Origin: an uncultured Gemmatimonadales bacterium
Lineage (GTDB): Bacteria > Gemmatimonadota > Gemmatimonadetes > Gemmatimonadales > GWC2-71-9
DNA length: 64,000 nt
Reading direction: 5' to 3'
NCBI GenBank assembly: GCA_963779755.1
Contig: CAVZZO010000003.1
Span: 736,001-800,000 of the forward strand
The position numbers and the translations under genes were made by a program. Within the stretch, counting starts at the first letter, position 1. The number at the start of each line of letters is the position of its first letter. Of the stretch, positions 62,436 to 64,000 are shown one piece after another. The notes below the pieces were generated by a model. That model was not told where the DNA came from and searched no databases. It saw only the letters and a list, made by a program, of their open reading frames with translations.

Positions 62436-64000
62436 TCACAGTTTCACCCGCTTGAGAAGTTGCGCGTTGACCGCCACGACGACGGTGCTCGCCGACATCA
62501 GGACCGCACCCACGGCCGGGGTAAGCAGCACACCCCATGCCGCGAGCACGCCGGCGGCGAGGGGAATCGCGACGATGTTGTAGCCCGCCGCCCACCAGAG
62601 ATTCTGCAGCATCTTCCGGTAGGTGGCGCGGGATAGCGCCACGATCCTGGGGATGTCGCGCGGGTCCGACCGCACCAGCACGATATCCCCCGCTTCCACC
62701 GCGACATCCGTACCCGCGCCGATCGCGATCCCGATGTCGGCGGTGGCCAGGGCGGGGGCATCGTTTACCCCATCGCCCACCATCGCCACCTTCTTTCCCT
62801 GCGCCTGCAGCTCCCGCACCTTCGACGCCTTGTCCCCCGGGAGAACCTGGGCGAACACGGTGTCGATGCCCAATTCCGCCGCGACCGCGTCGGCCACCGC
62901 CTGCGCGTCACCGGTGAGCATCGCGACTTCGATACCGCGCTCGTGGAGGGAGCGCACCGCCTCGCGGCTTTCTTCCCGGATGGCGTCGGCCACCGCGAAG
63001 ACCGCCACCGCCCTGCCATCCCGAAGCAGATACACGGCGGCCTGCCCCCGGGCGGCCGCCGCCTCGGCCGCCTCCCGAAGCGCGCCCGGTACCTGCGCCT
63101 CTTCTTCCTTCAGCAGCGCCGGGCCGCCGATGCGATACTCCGCCCCGCCGACCGAAGCGGCAACACCCCTTCCGGGGAGCGCACGGAACCGGTCCGCGGC
63201 AGGCACGTCGAGCTTCCGGCCCTCGGTCGTCTTCACGATTCCCCGCGCGATGGGATGCTCGGACTCCGACTCTACTCCTGCCGCGATGCGGAGCGCCTCC
63301 TCGCCGGACCAACCGTCCGCCACTGCCGTCGCTACCACGCGGAACTCCCCGAGCGTGAGAGTTCCCGTCTTGTCGAAGATCACGGTGTCCAGGTTCCGGG
63401 CTTCCTCCAGTCCACGCCGGTCTCGCACCAGCAGACCGTTCCTGGCGCCCAACGTCGTCGAGATGGCGACCACCAACGGCACCGCCAGCCCAAGTGCGTG
63501 CGGACAGGCGATGACCAGCACGGTCACGGCCCGAACGATGGAGAAATCGATGTTCGCACCCAGCAACTGCCAGACGATGAGGGTGAGAATACCCGCCAGA
63601 ATGGCCACTCCCGTCAGGATCTGCGCCGCGCGGTCAGCCAGCAGTTGCGCTCGCGACCTGGACTTCTGGGCGTCCGCCACGAGTCGCATGATGCCGGACA
63701 GCGCCGTCTTGTCCCCGGTGCCCGTGATCTCCACGCGGATCGAGCCCTCGCCGTTGATGGTCGCGGCGATGACCACGTCGCCCTCCTGCTTCTTCACCGG
63801 CCGCGACTCCCCCGTGAGCATCGACTCGTTCAGGGCGCTCTCCCCCTTGCGCACGACCCCATCCGCCGGGACGCGTTCGCCCGGTCGGACCAGGACGATG
63901 TCGCCCTCGTGCAGCTCGCCGACGCTGACGGTCTGCTCGGTATCCCCCGTGATGCGGGTCGCCGTGTCCGGCAGGAGCTTCGCCAGCTCCTGCAGCGCGC
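62436..64000 (-). CDS. copB: Heavy-metal P1B-type ATPase, CPH subtype (CopB-like); 5' end outside the window
   Basis: TGES, IACPHALGLA, DKTGT, SEHP, GDGVNDAP, YN and MSxST motifs. Confidence 0.9.
   Translation of the reverse strand, partial: ALQELAKLLPDTATRITGDTEQTVSVGELHEGDIVLVRPGERVPADGVVRKGESALNESMLTGESRPVKKQEGDVVIAATINGEGSIRVEITGTGDKTALSGIMRLVADAQKSRSRAQLLADRAAQILTGVAILAGILTLIVWQLLGANIDFSIVRAVTVLVIACPHALGLAVPLVVAISTTLGARNGLLVRDRRGLEEARNLDTVIFDKTGTLTLGEFRVVATAVADGWSGEEALRIAAGVESESEHPIARGIVKTTEGRKLDVPAADRFRALPGRGVAASVGGAEYRIGGPALLKEEEAQVPGALREAAEAAAARGQAAVYLLRDGRAVAVFAVADAIREESREAVRSLHERGIEVAMLTGDAQAVADAVAAELGIDTVFAQVLPGDKASKVRELQAQGKKVAMVGDGVNDAPALATADIGIAIGAGTDVAVEAGDIVLVRSDPRDIPRIVALSRATYRKMLQNLWWAAGYNIVAIPLAAGVLAAWGVLLTPAVGAVLMSASTVVVAVNAQLLKRVKL

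Overview
High-GC bacterial window; gene content and intergenic simple repeats suggest Gemmatimonadota or similar (inference only). 1-9.3 kb: a Cys-less transglutaminase-like gene plus ABC transporter, threonine aldolase, a frameshifted threonine dehydratase, secreted/outer-membrane proteins and structured intergenic repeats. 9.6-46.8 kb: a large bioenergetic island with ccmE-F-H (CxxxY-type CcmE), a hyp/[NiFe] uptake-hydrogenase operon divergent from a complete A/V-type ATPase operon, and a nine-gene porin/multiheme-cytochrome cluster (65 CxxCH plus 2 CX4CH motifs by my count), followed by an FprA-type reductase. The strongest novelty candidate is in that cluster: a Rieske-like protein lacking all four [2Fe-2S] ligands, paired with a cytochrome b lacking the PEWY Qo motif. 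46.9-62.4 kb: a type I-G CRISPR-Cas island (orphan Csb2/Cas6-like gene, cas3, frameshifted cas8u2/csb1/csb2, vapBC, cas4/1, cas2, 45 repeats plus a truncated one) bracketed by a duplication of the fprA 3' end. The window ends in a CPH-type P1B ATPase. All calls are motif recognition by eye; no database searches were run.
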